DNA from: Candidatus Micrarchaeota archaeon | GTDB taxonomy: Archaea; Micrarchaeota; Micrarchaeia; Norongarragalinales; UBA97 | NCBI GenBank assembly: GCA_021782355.1 | Contig: JAJXUZ010000002.1 | Location: forward strand, 1-39,256 | DNA: 39,256 bases | Direction: 5' to 3' | Shown here: piece by piece, positions 9,599 through 19,221 of the stretch | Layout of the letters: each line of letters begins with the position of its first letter | Numbering within the stretch: the stretch's first letter is position 1 | Notes under the pieces: model-generated | What the model was told of the DNA's origin: nothing | What the model saw: the letters and a program-made list of their open reading frames with translations, nothing else | The model's database searches: none | Made by a program: the position numbers and the translations under genes

Positions 9599-10510
9599 AT
9601 GAAAATCGGAATTATCGGTTTAGGGAAAATGGGCGGATTGCTTGCTCTCAATTTAATTGATAAGAAAATTAATGTGGTAGGTTATAATCGCAGTCCTCAG
9701 GATACTAAACTCCTAGCAAAAAAAGGTCTTATCCCCTCCTATTCTTATTCTGAATTTATAGAGAAGTTAGATTCAACAAAAATAATTTGGCTAATGGTTC
9801 CAGCCGGTCAAGCAGTTGATTCCGTAATTGATGATTTATTGCCTTATTTGAAAAAAGGAGATTATGTTATTGATGGAGGAAATTCCAATTATCTTGACTC
9901 AATTAGAAGATATTCAATGCTAAAGAAAAAGTCAATTAATTTCATCGATTGCGGCACAAGCGGTGGTTTAGAGGGTGCAAGGAACGGTGCTTGCTTAACA
10001 ATTGGTGGAGATTATTCTTCCTTTAAAAAGTTAGAATTTCTTTTCAAATCAGCTGCTTCTAAAAACGGTTATTTATATTGTGGAAAAAGTGGTGCAGGAC
10101 ATTATGTGAAAACAGTACATAATGGAATCGAGTATGCTATGTTGGAAGCATATGCAGAAGGATTTGAAATTCTTTCAAAATCAGATTATGGATTTGATTT
10201 GTCTAAAATTTCAGACACCTGGTCTTCAAGTTCAGTAATTAGGTCCTGGTTGACTGAACTTGCAACAAGGGCATTCAAAAAAGATCCTAAACTTTCAAAA
10301 ATTTCTCCTATCGTTGGTGGAGGAGAAACTGGACTTTGGACTATTGACCAAGCCAAAGCCCTCAAACTATCCGCTCCAATCATTCAGCTATCGATTGATA
10401 GAAGAAAGAAAACAAGTGAAACAAAACCATTTTCTGGTCGTGTGATAAATGCATTAAGGCACGAATTCGGTGGACATCCAGTCGATATAGTTTCTAAAAA
10501 TAAGAAGTGA
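9599..10510 (+). CDS. gnd: 6-phosphogluconate dehydrogenase, short (about 300 aa) decarboxylating type
   Basis: N-terminal Rossmann motif IGLGKMGG, DGGNS, and the GHYVKTVHNGIEYAMLEAYAEG core typical of Gnd/YqeC-type enzymes. A GGGGGA SD-like element lies 7 nt upstream of the ATG. Confidence 0.85.
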   Translation: MKIGIIGLGKMGGLLALNLIDKKINVVGYNRSPQDTKLLAKKGLIPSYSYSEFIEKLDSTKIIWLMVPAGQAVDSVIDDLLPYLKKGDYVIDGGNSNYLDSIRRYSMLKKKSINFIDCGTSGGLEGARNGACLTIGGDYSSFKKLEFLFKSAASKNGYLYCGKSGAGHYVKTVHNGIEYAMLEAYAEGFEILSKSDYGFDLSKISDTWSSSSVIRSWLTELATRAFKKDPKLSKISPIVGGGETGLWTIDQAKALKLSAPIIQLSIDRRKKTSETKPFSGRVINALRHEFGGHPVDIVSKNKK

Positions 10511-11163
10511 AAATTACGATGTTCAAAATAAGTAAAATAATCGACATTTCTTTGCCTTTACAAGAGAATATGGTAATTTATCCTGGCAATCCTGAGTTTT
10601 CATTGGAGTTTATAAAAAAAATTCCAGAATTTACTTCAACCGTTTCAAAACTATCTATAGGAAGTCATAGCGGAACACACGTAGATGCACCCAAGCACGT
10701 TGATGAAAATGGTAAACCAATTAGTTTTACTGATATTTCAAAATTAATCGGTCCTGCAATTGTAATTGATTGTACTGAAGTTGATTTCGGCAATGGAATA
10801 ACTAAGGAAATTTTACAAACAAAGCCGATTAAACCCAATATGATAATTTTACTTAAAACTAAGAATTCAAAAAGAGGTTATTCAACCTTTTACTCCGATT
10901 TCATCTTTGTAGATTCTACCGGTGCCGATTATTTATTAGAAAAAAAAGTTCGTTCAATCGGTGTGGATTATTTAGGAATACAAAAATATCATTCCGGAAA
11001 TAACATTGTTCATAAAGCATTTTTAGATAAAGAAATCCCAATTATAGAGGGATTAAATTTATCTGCAGCAAGTCAGGGCACTTATTTTCTGAGTTGTTTA
11101 CCATTAAATGTTATTAATGCCGAGGCATCAATGGCAAGAGCAGTATTAATTGAAGGTGGGTAA
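10507..11163 (+). CDS. Putative cyclase-family metal hydrolase (kynurenine formamidase-like)
   Basis: HSGTHVDAPKH signature of the putative-cyclase/arylformamidase family. The GTG start overlaps the gnd stop by 4 nt; an alternative ATG is at 10519. Confidence 0.7.
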   Translation: MKITMFKISKIIDISLPLQENMVIYPGNPEFSLEFIKKIPEFTSTVSKLSIGSHSGTHVDAPKHVDENGKPISFTDISKLIGPAIVIDCTEVDFGNGITKEILQTKPIKPNMIILLKTKNSKRGYSTFYSDFIFVDSTGADYLLEKKVRSIGVDYLGIQKYHSGNNIVHKAFLDKEIPIIEGLNLSAASQGTYFLSCLPLNVINAEASMARAVLIEGG

Positions 11164-11243
11164 TTTTAAGTAGCTAAAACAACATCGAAGAAGTTTTGCC
11201 AAATTATATAAGATTTGTCCAAAATCAATTCTAATTAATTCAT

Positions 11244-12962
11244 ATGAGTAATTCAAAAACTTATCTTATCACCAGTGCTTTACCTTACGTTAATGGCGTA
11301 AAACATATTGGAAATGTAGCTGGTAGCTTATTGCCCGCAGATGTTTTTGCTCGTTATCAAAGATTAAACGGCTCAAAAGTAGTATTTGTCTGTGGTACTG
11401 ATGATCACGGAACTACAACCGAAATTGCAGCACTCAAAGAAGGAATAAGTTCAAAAGAATATAGTGACAAATATCACGAAATTCAAAGAGAGATTTATTC
11501 AAAATGGAATTTGTCATTTGACATATTTTCCAGGACTTCTTCAATTGAAAACCATCACACTACTTGTGAAATGTTTCAATTAATGTATTCAAATGGTTTG
11601 ATAAGTCAATCTTCTTTGAAGATTCCTTATTGTTTAGTAGACCAGAGATTCATTGCAGACCGTTACATTGAAGGTACCTGTCCAAACTGCTCGTTTGATG
11701 GAGCACGAGGAGACCAATGTGAAAAATGTGGAAAATTACTAGACCCAATTGATTTGATTAAACCTCGTTGTAATATTTGTAAAAAAGATAAGATTGAATT
11801 TAGGGAAAGCAAACACTTGTTTTTAGATTTGTTCAAACTTTCTGATAAATTAAAGGAATGGTTGACAAAACAAACTGATTGGCCAGTTAATGCAAGAAAT
11901 TTTGCTCTTCAATGGATTGAAGGCGGACTTAAACCAAGATGCATTACTAGGGATTTAGATTGGGGAGTAAAAGTTCCTCTTGCTGGTTTTGAAAATAAGG
12001 TGTTTTATGTTTGGTTTGATGCACCAATTGGTTATATCTCGTTTACTAAGCAATGGGCGTTAAAAGATTCAAATAACAGGAACTGGCAAGAATTTTGGAA
12101 AAACGACCAAGCACAAATTATCCATTTTATAGGAAAAGATAACATTGCCTTTCATAGCGTAATTTGGCCCGCAATGATTATGGCAAGCGGTTATTGCAAC
12201 TTACCAACAAGAGTTCAAGCCTATGAGTTCTTGAATTTAGAAGGAAAGAAGTTTTCAACAAGTAGAAATTGGGGAATTGATGCAAAAGAAGCACTCGATT
12301 GGTTCGATGCTGATTATTGGCGATACTATTTGATTTCAATTTTACCCGAAAGGTCGGATGCTAACTTTTCTTGGAAAGAGTTTCAATCAGCTGCGAACAG
12401 TGATTTAGCCGATGTTTATGGTAATTTAATTCATCGTTGCTTAACTTTTACACACTCTAAGTTTGGCGGATTGGTGCCCAAACCAACCGAACAATCGCAA
12501 TGGACAGAAAATCAAATAAAATTCTATGAACAATTTCAAATTACTTGCAAAAATGTAAAGGAATTAATGAATAATTACAAACTTCAAGAAGCCCTTAGAG
12601 TAATTATGGACTTTGCACGACAAGCAAACAAATTCTTTTCCGACTCCGCTCCTTGGAAACTTGAGTGTGATTCCAATATTGCAAACGATGCTTCAACTAC
12701 AATTTTTCTTACTGTAAATGCTTGCCGTTCAATAGCTCTTTTACTTTATCCTTTTGTTCCTTCTAGTAGCATTAAGGCATTCAAATACCTTAACGGACAA
12801 AACATTGAACTTTGCAGTATTGATGAATCTGCCAGTTTAATGGTAGAAAGCGGAACTAAAATAGCTGAAAAAGAAGTATTAACCCCACTATTTACCAAGA
12901 TTCTTGATGAAAAAATAGAAATGTATTCTACCTTGGTAAGTTCAAGAAGTAAATCAATTTAA
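11244..12962 (+). CDS. metG: Methionyl-tRNA synthetase (no C-terminal tRNA-binding appendix)
   Basis: ALPYVNGVKHIGN (HIGH-class motif), the zinc knuckles CPNC...CEKCG, and KFSTSR (KMSKS equivalent). Confidence 0.95.
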   Translation: MSNSKTYLITSALPYVNGVKHIGNVAGSLLPADVFARYQRLNGSKVVFVCGTDDHGTTTEIAALKEGISSKEYSDKYHEIQREIYSKWNLSFDIFSRTSSIENHHTTCEMFQLMYSNGLISQSSLKIPYCLVDQRFIADRYIEGTCPNCSFDGARGDQCEKCGKLLDPIDLIKPRCNICKKDKIEFRESKHLFLDLFKLSDKLKEWLTKQTDWPVNARNFALQWIEGGLKPRCITRDLDWGVKVPLAGFENKVFYVWFDAPIGYISFTKQWALKDSNNRNWQEFWKNDQAQIIHFIGKDNIAFHSVIWPAMIMASGYCNLPTRVQAYEFLNLEGKKFSTSRNWGIDAKEALDWFDADYWRYYLISILPERSDANFSWKEFQSAANSDLADVYGNLIHRCLTFTHSKFGGLVPKPTEQSQWTENQIKFYEQFQITCKNVKELMNNYKLQEALRVIMDFARQANKFFSDSAPWKLECDSNIANDASTTIFLTVNACRSIALLLYPFVPSSSIKAFKYLNGQNIELCSIDESASLMVESGTKIAEKEVLTPLFTKILDEKIEMYSTLVSSRSKSI

Positions 12963-13257
12963 CTAAAGTACAAATCTTCAGATGTCCTTTTGCCAAATCT
13001 AAAAATCCTATCAGTTAAACAAAATAGTTTTAATCTATTGTTATCTTGTATTAGCTAAAAGATAATTGGATATTAATATCAAGTTAAGAAGAAGTGAAAA
13101 AGTTCTAAATAAGTAAAAATTATAAATTTAGGCAATTTTTTGAAAGTTTTAATAGCTTATATTTTAATTTAAAAATTACCAATTAAGAATTTTACATCAT
13201 ACGCTCTTCATACTTAAAATACATTTCTGAAAATTATCAATCGAGGTGGAATGAATT

Positions 13258-14892
13258 ATGCAACAACAAGGGGGACAACAAATGTACCTTCCAGAAGGTT
13301 CAAGTAGAACTTTGGGTAGAGATGCACAAAGAACTAACATAGCAGTAGCTTATGCGGTTGCAACCGCTGTTAAAAGTACTTTAGGTCCACGAGGAATGGA
13401 CAAAATGATGGTTTCTGATATGGGCGATATCGTCATTACTAACGATGGTGCAACTATCTTAGAAGAAATGAACATCGAGCATCCAGCAGGAAAGATGATG
13501 GTAGAAATCGCAAAAACTCAAGACGAAGAAGTTGGCGACGGAACCACCACTGCAGTTGTTTTAGGTGGAGAATTACTAAAAAATTCAATTTCTTTATTAG
13601 ACCAAGATGTTCACGCATCTACTATAATTGCCGGTTACAAGAACGCAAGTTCAAAATGTATGGAAATTCTTGCAGAAGTAAGCGAACCAATTACCATTGA
13701 AGACAAAAAATCATTACAAAAGATTGCTGCAATTTCAATGGGCTCAAAAACTGTGGGCGCAGGAAGCAATAAGGATTCATTAGCAGAATTAGTAGTTCAA
13801 GCAGTTACTCAAGTAGCTGAAAAACGAGATGGCGCAGTTTACATCGACAAAGATTACATTAAACTTGAAAAGAAACAAGGTGGCGATGTATTACAAACCG
13901 CAGTAATTAACGGAGTATTAGTGGATAAAGAAGTTGTTCATCCAGGAATGCCAAAAAGAATTGAAAACGCCAAAGTTGCATTAGTAGATACTGCTCTTGA
14001 AATTGAAAAAACTGAAACTGACGCACGAATCAGTATTACAAGTCCAGATCAAATGTCCGCTTTCTTAAACCAAGAAGAAAGTATGTTGAAGGAAATGGCA
14101 GACAAAGTAACTTCAAGTGGAGCAAATGTCCTATTCACTCAAAAAGGAGTGGACGAAGTAGCTCAACATTATCTTGCTAAAAAAGGAATTTTAGTGGCAA
14201 GAAGAGTCAAAAAGAGTGATATGGAAAAATTGGTCAGAGCAACTGGTGCAAAAATCGTCACCACTTTAGATGACCTTACCGCAAAAGATTTAGGTTTTGC
14301 AGGTTTGGTTGAAGAAAGAAAAGTTGCCGGTGAACATATGATTTTTGTAGAAAAATGCAAAGATCCAAAAAGTGTCACTATTTTAGTAAGAGGCGCAACC
14401 CAACACGTCGTTGATGAAGGAGAACGTGCATTAACCGATGCAATTGGTGCAGTTATTTCTGCAATCGAAGACGGAAAATATGTTTCAGGTGGCGGAAGCA
14501 CTGAAATGGAATTGGCTATGCGATTAAGAAAATATGCTGTTGAAGTTGGTGGAAGAGAGCAATTGGCAATTAATGCATTTGCAGAAGCTCTCGAAGTTAT
14601 TCCAAGAACTTTAGCCGAAAGTGCTGGAATGGATTCAATTGATACTTTAGTTGAATTAAGAAGCAAACACGAAAAGAAAAATGTAAACTTAGGTATAGAT
14701 GTCTATACTAGCAAGATTGCAGACACCAAGCAAAACGGCGTAATCGAACCAATGAAAGTTAAAAAACAAGCAATCCAATCCGCATCAGAAGTTACTGAAA
14801 TGATATTGAGAATTGACGATATCATTGCAAGTAAAGGACGACCATCTCCAGACAAGATGGGCGGTGCACCCGGTATGGGTGAAATGGATTAA
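13258..14892 (+). CDS. ths: Thermosome subunit (group II chaperonin)
   Basis: [24 protein letters not shown] and a [10 protein letters not shown] tail. A strong SD (GAGGTGGA) lies 7 nt upstream. Confidence 0.95.
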   Translation: MQQQGGQQMYLPEGSSRTLGRDAQRTNIAVAYAVATAVKSTLGPRGMDKMMVSDMGDIVITNDGATILEEMNIEHPAGKMMVEIAKTQDEEVGDGTTTAVVLGGELLKNSISLLDQDVHASTIIAGYKNASSKCMEILAEVSEPITIEDKKSLQKIAAISMGSKTVGAGSNKDSLAELVVQAVTQVAEKRDGAVYIDKDYIKLEKKQGGDVLQTAVINGVLVDKEVVHPGMPKRIENAKVALVDTALEIEKTETDARISITSPDQMSAFLNQEESMLKEMADKVTSSGANVLFTQKGVDEVAQHYLAKKGILVARRVKKSDMEKLVRATGAKIVTTLDDLTAKDLGFAGLVEERKVAGEHMIFVEKCKDPKSVTILVRGATQHVVDEGERALTDAIGAVISAIEDGKYVSGGGSTEMELAMRLRKYAVEVGGREQLAINAFAEALEVIPRTLAESAGMDSIDTLVELRSKHEKKNVNLGIDVYTSKIADTKQNGVIEPMKVKKQAIQSASEVTEMILRIDDIIASKGRPSPDKMGGAPGMGEMD

Positions 14893-14907
14893 AGTTCCTA
14901 AAAATTT

Positions 14908-14933
14908 ATCCGGCCATTAAGTTTTGGCCGGAT
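14908..14933. terminator. Hairpin between the convergent ths and pgi genes, possibly a bidirectional terminator
   Basis: ATCCGGCCA-ttaagttt-TGGCCGGAT gives a perfect 9-bp stem. It is followed by TCTTATTTTTTTTTA on the + strand and preceded by an A-run (a T-run for the - strand). Confidence 0.5.
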
Positions 14934-14945
14934 TCTTATTTTTTT

Positions 14946-16313
14946 TTATTTCTTTTGTAAAATAGTTTTTGTCTGATTCTTATATAGTTCAACAGCTGGT
15001 TGGTCAAAAGGATTAACGTTCATTAAATGGCCAAGCATAATTATTTGAATCATTTGAAGTTGCATTAAAAATCCTAAATTTTCTTCATTTAATTCTTGTA
15101 GTTCTATTGTAACAAATGGAATATGGGACTCTTTCATTGCATTTTTAGTACCATTCAAAATTGCATCCATAAGTTGTACAATCGACTTGTTTGAAACATT
15201 AGGTACAATTTCTTCAATTTCATTATCTTTTTTTAGTATTATTTTTTCCTTCTGTTTTACCGAAATAATTGCAAAAAGTTTGTCTTTGGGTCCACCAAAA
15301 TATAATTGTCCGATAGAATGTAAATCAGTTGACCCAATTGAAACAGTGGGAGTCATTCCAGCATTCAATTTTACATTACCAGAGGCACTAAATTGTTTTC
15401 CTATACTTTCTGCCATTAATTGTCTGTGCCATTTGCCCAATGCCTCTAAACTTGTATCAAAAATAAATTCATCTAAGATTTTCTTTCCCATTCGATTTTG
15501 AAGATGATAAATCGAAGCCAATTTGACAGCGGGATTATTTAATCCATAATTATTGGTGCAAATTTCAACTGCCTTTCTTGCACCTTTAAGTAATTGACTA
15601 CAATCTACCTCTGCCCATAATAAAGGAAACAATCCAACGTTTGAAAAAACAGAGTATCTTCCTCCCACTTTTTTCGGAATATTTAGTATTGAATATTTTC
15701 TATTTAATGCAAGTTTTTCAAGTGGAGATGATTTATCTGTTGTAATTACTACGTATTCTGGATTTTTAGAAACATAGTTCCTAAATTTCTCTAAAAAGAA
15801 CATTAGATTTGCTATTGTTTCTGTAGTAGAACCGGATTTGGATATTCCGTTGAAAATAACTTTCTCCTTCGCTTTCAATTTAGTTTCAATTATTCGTGCT
15901 ATTTCAATTAATTTATTTTGGTCAACTGTATCGGCAAATAAAACCAACTTCTTTTTTGATTCAATATTTTTTAGAAGACCGAATTTTCCTTCAAGTACTG
16001 CCATTGTACCTAAATTCGAACCACCAATTCCTATCAAAACCAAAGTTGTTGCATCATTAAGTTTATTTGAGAGTTTTTTAGATTCGTTCAAACAATCATT
16101 ATTGTAACTGAGAACCACTGATGCATAATCAGAAGAGTAATCTTGTTTTTTGAAAGTTTCCTTTATTTTGTTAACAATTGGATTTAGTTTTGCACATTCT
16201 TGAGATATTCGTTGAGTTGTAACATTAGAACTATCCGTGCCAATTGAAAGTTGCTGAAAATTAAAATTAGTATTATCTGCTTTGTTTAGTGGTTTCATTA
16301 AAGAAGAAATCAA
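14946..16313 (-). CDS. pgi: Glucose-6-phosphate isomerase
   Basis: GIGGSNLG and SKSGSTTET motifs of the PGI/SIS family, with size appropriate for the short PGI type. Confidence 0.85.
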   Translation of the reverse strand: MISSLMKPLNKADNTNFNFQQLSIGTDSSNVTTQRISQECAKLNPIVNKIKETFKKQDYSSDYASVVLSYNNDCLNESKKLSNKLNDATTLVLIGIGGSNLGTMAVLEGKFGLLKNIESKKKLVLFADTVDQNKLIEIARIIETKLKAKEKVIFNGISKSGSTTETIANLMFFLEKFRNYVSKNPEYVVITTDKSSPLEKLALNRKYSILNIPKKVGGRYSVFSNVGLFPLLWAEVDCSQLLKGARKAVEICTNNYGLNNPAVKLASIYHLQNRMGKKILDEFIFDTSLEALGKWHRQLMAESIGKQFSASGNVKLNAGMTPTVSIGSTDLHSIGQLYFGGPKDKLFAIISVKQKEKIILKKDNEIEEIVPNVSNKSIVQLMDAILNGTKNAMKESHIPFVTIELQELNEENLGFLMQLQMIQIIMLGHLMNVNPFDQPAVELYKNQTKTILQKK

Positions 16314-16356
16314 GTCAAAGAATATTAAACTTATTTTGAATCATTTTAACTAACAA

Positions 16357-16914
16357 ATGAAAAATATTGTCTACGCAATTCACGGGTTTAGAGGTAGAGC
16401 AGAAGGCGGTTGGAGACCTTGGCTTAAACAAACCCTTCAAACAAACGAAGTTGAAGTCCATTTACTTCAAATGCCAAATCCTAACGCTCCAATTCAAAGC
16501 GAATGGTTAGAAGAATTAACTTTACAATTCGGTCAGCCCCAAACTAACAAATTTTTAATTGGTCATAGTTTAGGTGCAACTACCATTCTAAGATTTCTAG
16601 AAAAAGAACAATTTTCCACTCCAATTGGCGGGGCAGTATTGGTCGCCGGACCCACTCTTTATCCTAGAATTGTAGATGTAAAATCCTTTTTTACAAAGCC
16701 ATTTGATTGGAAAATGATTAATTCCAATTGTAAGAAAATAATTGGATTATACTCTACTAACGACCCCCTAGTAAGTATTGCTAATGCTAAGGAGTTAGAA
16801 AACAATCTAAATTGTAAATTAAAAATAGTTGACGGGTATGGTCATTTTAGTGGAGAAGAAGGCCATACTAACTTACCAATTGCAATTGAACTTCTTAACG
16901 AAATTATGGATTAA
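16357..16914 (+). CDS. Alpha/beta serine hydrolase, YdeN/RBBP9-like
   Basis: About 185 aa with an IHGFRG start, the nucleophile elbow GHSLG and a C-terminal GHF motif. This layout is typical of the small YdeN-type serine hydrolases. Confidence 0.65.
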   Translation: MKNIVYAIHGFRGRAEGGWRPWLKQTLQTNEVEVHLLQMPNPNAPIQSEWLEELTLQFGQPQTNKFLIGHSLGATTILRFLEKEQFSTPIGGAVLVAGPTLYPRIVDVKSFFTKPFDWKMINSNCKKIIGLYSTNDPLVSIANAKELENNLNCKLKIVDGYGHFSGEEGHTNLPIAIELLNEIMD

Positions 16915-16921
16915 ATCTAAG

Positions 16922-17016
16922 CGGGCCCGGTGGGATTCGAACCCACGACATCCTGCTCTCTTCTTGTTGAAAACAACTAGAAGGCAGGCGCTCTGTCCAG
17001 ACTGAGCTACGGGCCC
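16922..17016 (-). tRNA. tRNA-Arg (anticodon TCT) with a 20-nt canonical 37/38 intron
   Basis: Reverse complement: GGGCCCG-TA-GCTC AGTCTGGACA GAGC-G-CCTGC CTTCTA-[GTTGTTTTCAACAAGAAGAG]-A GCAGG-ATGTC-GTGGG TTCGAAT CCCAC-CGGGCCC-G. The mature length is 75 nt. Confidence 0.85.
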
Positions 17017-17075
17017 TTTAATTAAAATGGCTTTATATCATTTAACAAACATAAAATTAATATCTTTGAACAAGA

Positions 17076-17192
17076 GGGGCTGTGGGGTAGTCTGGCATCC
17101 TGTCAGCTTCGGGAGCTGGCGACCTGCGTTCGAAATGATTTTCTAATATTTATTTAGTTTTATTAGGCTTCAAGAAAATCGCAGCAGCCCCA
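17076..17192 (+). tRNA. tRNA-Pro (anticodon CGG) with a 44-nt non-canonical intron inside the T-loop (about position 59/60)
   Basis: GGGGCTG-TG-GGGT AGTCTGGCA TCCT-G-TCAGC TTCGGGA GCTGG-CGAC-CTGCG TTCGAA-[44 nt]-T CGCAG-CAGCCCC-A. The intron ends pair as GATTTTCT/AGAAAATC (8 bp) across the junctions. The mature length is 73 nt. Confidence 0.75.
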
Positions 17193-17304
17193 TTGTTTTT
17201 ATATTAATCTATGACATCATAAACATTATATATATACGATTGATAACTTTTTTCTAATCATTTTAATCCTTTAAATGTTAATGTCCAAACAGGTGTAAAA
17301 AACT

Positions 17305-18627
17305 ATGAAAAAAATAATTTCTTCAATTATTCTATTAGTAACTGCGCTTTCAATTTTTTCTTTTGTAGGTGCCGATGTAATGATGCCGGTAGGAGTGCCA
17401 GCAAATTCATTAGGTTCGCAAGGTATGATGCATTCAAACGGTTCAATGGGTATTTATGCAACCGGCGTGTTGCACGCTCCTCTTCCCGGTTCGTTACCAA
17501 CTAGTCAATTTTCTAACGGAAGCATAAACAGTTCATATGGAGAGTTTCAAGGAGAAATCAGACCTTATTTAGTACCAATGATGCAAGGCGTCCTTAACAG
17601 AGAAATGGAAATATCTCAAAGAGAAATGTCATTACACGCAAGAATTTCTGAAGATTTCAATCAACAAGCATCGTTAAATTCAAGATTAATGTCATTTAGA
17701 CAAATGGGTGCAGACTCATTAAATTCAACAGGAAGAGAAGAATATTCTCAAGTAGTTTTTGATTCAATGCAAGCATTTTTCGATCAAGCATATTCTACTG
17801 CATTATCTTATTCAAATAGTTCCGATTCAGTAATTGCAGCAAATGCCACAAATCTTATGCAAGTAATTGTTGCTGAAAATAGCTCAATAACTGTAAACTC
17901 GACCGGTCAAGAAAAAATGGATGCATTTGAAAACGTCACTGTTGCAGTCCAACAATTCAAACAAAATATTCGAGACTATGAATTACAAGTAAGATTAGGT
18001 TCAGCATTAAACGATTCTTATAATCAAGTAATCAACTTCCAAAAAGCATTAAGTGCATTAAGCCAAGCTGGATTTAATGTAACCAATGCTCAAGTTTCAG
18101 CAAATTATCTTTTAGCAGATATTCAATATGCTCAAAACTTGTCAACTTCATCAAACTCTTCAGTAAGAGTAAGTCAAGGATTCTTATTCGCAATTAAACT
18201 TGGCTTAGATTATGAAAAACAAGCTTTAGTTCAAGCAGTATCGAATTCAGTTGTAACCCCAATTCCAACATTCTTAACCGAGTCCCCATCTACTTTAGAA
18301 AGTTCATTTAATGTAGTTGGTTCAGTTGAATCAGCATTTTCGAAAGATATGTCAAATATAATGACCGAACAAATGAATATTGAAGATTCAATGATGAATT
18401 CAAACGTTACTGAAGATAACTCATCCTCAGCTTTAAGTGATGTTTCAAATTCAGACAATTCAACCATTTCAGATAATGGAAATTCAACTGATAATATGAA
18501 TTCATCCGCTTCGGACAATTCCTCAGTTGATGCAAACTTAACTTCAAACGACTCTGTAAGTTCAACCGATTCAAACAGTTCAATTAACGTAAATATTTCA
18601 ACATTAACAAACTCATCCGACAATTAA
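17305..18627 (+). CDS. Secreted, predicted helical N/Q/S-rich protein with an acidic S/N/D low-complexity tail; paralog of the 24959-26497 product
   Basis: N-terminal signal-like segment MKKIISSIILLVTALSIFSFVGA and an AGGTG SD upstream. No catalytic motif recognised. It shares repeat-unit motifs with the 512-aa protein: LMQVIVAENSSITV vs LMNQVISDANSSIVQ, and VSANYLLADIQYAQNLS vs VSVSNYQTDYQSTQSELS. Confidence 0.8.
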   Translation: MKKIISSIILLVTALSIFSFVGADVMMPVGVPANSLGSQGMMHSNGSMGIYATGVLHAPLPGSLPTSQFSNGSINSSYGEFQGEIRPYLVPMMQGVLNREMEISQREMSLHARISEDFNQQASLNSRLMSFRQMGADSLNSTGREEYSQVVFDSMQAFFDQAYSTALSYSNSSDSVIAANATNLMQVIVAENSSITVNSTGQEKMDAFENVTVAVQQFKQNIRDYELQVRLGSALNDSYNQVINFQKALSALSQAGFNVTNAQVSANYLLADIQYAQNLSTSSNSSVRVSQGFLFAIKLGLDYEKQALVQAVSNSVVTPIPTFLTESPSTLESSFNVVGSVESAFSKDMSNIMTEQMNIEDSMMNSNVTEDNSSSALSDVSNSDNSTISDNGNSTDNMNSSASDNSSVDANLTSNDSVSSTDSNSSINVNISTLTNSSDN

Positions 18628-18639
18628 ATTACATAAATA

Positions 18640-18966
18640 ATGGAGAAACCGAACGAAATGAATTTTAATAAAATTTTTCTAGTTGCATTCGCATTTGTTA
18701 CACTTTCAGTAGTTGCTTGCGGATGCCTTAGTAGTTCACCAAACACACAAACAAACACTCAAGTTGGCAATGTTGTAACTACTACTCTTGCCACCAATCA
18801 ACCACAAGTAAATTCAAGTGCAAATTTGACAGTTAATCAAACTGTTGCTCAAACCTTAAATTCATTAAACAATGCATCAGCAAATGTGAATTCAGTCTAT
18901 AATGGAGTAAACGATTCAAATCTTACTGCTCCAAACTTGACTGCTTCAGACTTTAATGTTAGTTAA
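18640..18966 (+). CDS. Small secreted/lipobox-like protein (T/N/S-rich)
   Basis: Hydrophobic leader ending in VVAC-GC, which is lipobox-like. The likely true start is the ATG at 18658 (MNFNKIF...), which has a GGAGA SD 11 nt upstream. It begins 13-31 nt after the preceding gene. Confidence 0.65.
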   Translation: MEKPNEMNFNKIFLVAFAFVTLSVVACGCLSSSPNTQTNTQVGNVVTTTLATNQPQVNSSANLTVNQTVAQTLNSLNNASANVNSVYNGVNDSNLTAPNLTASDFNVS

Positions 18967-19071
18967 ATTCTGTTTTAGTTTTTTTTTGCTTGGTGGCTAT
19001 GGGGGCAATTAAATAGTGTTTGCCTCCTTCAAATCCTTAACTACTATTTTAAACTATTTTAATGGATTTAC

Positions 19072-19144
19072 AGCCCCGTAGTGTAGTGGTCAAGCACGAT
19101 AGGCTCTGGACCTGTAAACGACGGTTCGAATCCGGCCGGGGCTA
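19072..19144 (+). tRNA. tRNA-Gln (anticodon CTG), intron-less
   Basis: AGCCCCG-TA-GTGT AGTGGTCAA GCAC-G-ATAGG CTCTGGA CCTGT-AAAC-GACGG TTCGAAT CCGGC-CGGGGCT-A. Length is 73 nt, with an A1-U72 pair as in archaeal tRNA-Gln. There is one A-G mismatch in the T-stem. Confidence 0.8.
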
Positions 19145-19221
19145 TTATCTTCTTATCTTCATTTCAATTTGTATTCGCGATTTACCTTAAAGATTATTAA
19201 AACCATTGTTCTAATTCTAAA

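Noticed and set aside
14169-14666. 165-aa ORF antisense to the thermosome gene
   Set aside because: It lies wholly inside a strongly conserved, correctly framed chaperonin CDS. Its A/S/T/I-rich translation has no motif. Long antisense ORFs are expected opposite GNN/ANN-rich codon runs.
18231-18623. 130-aa acidic ORF antisense to the S/N/D-rich tail of the 440-aa secreted protein
   Set aside because: It is a mirror image of a low-complexity coding region: TCA/AAT/GAT codons read backwards give E/F/S/V repeats without stops. It has no independent start context.
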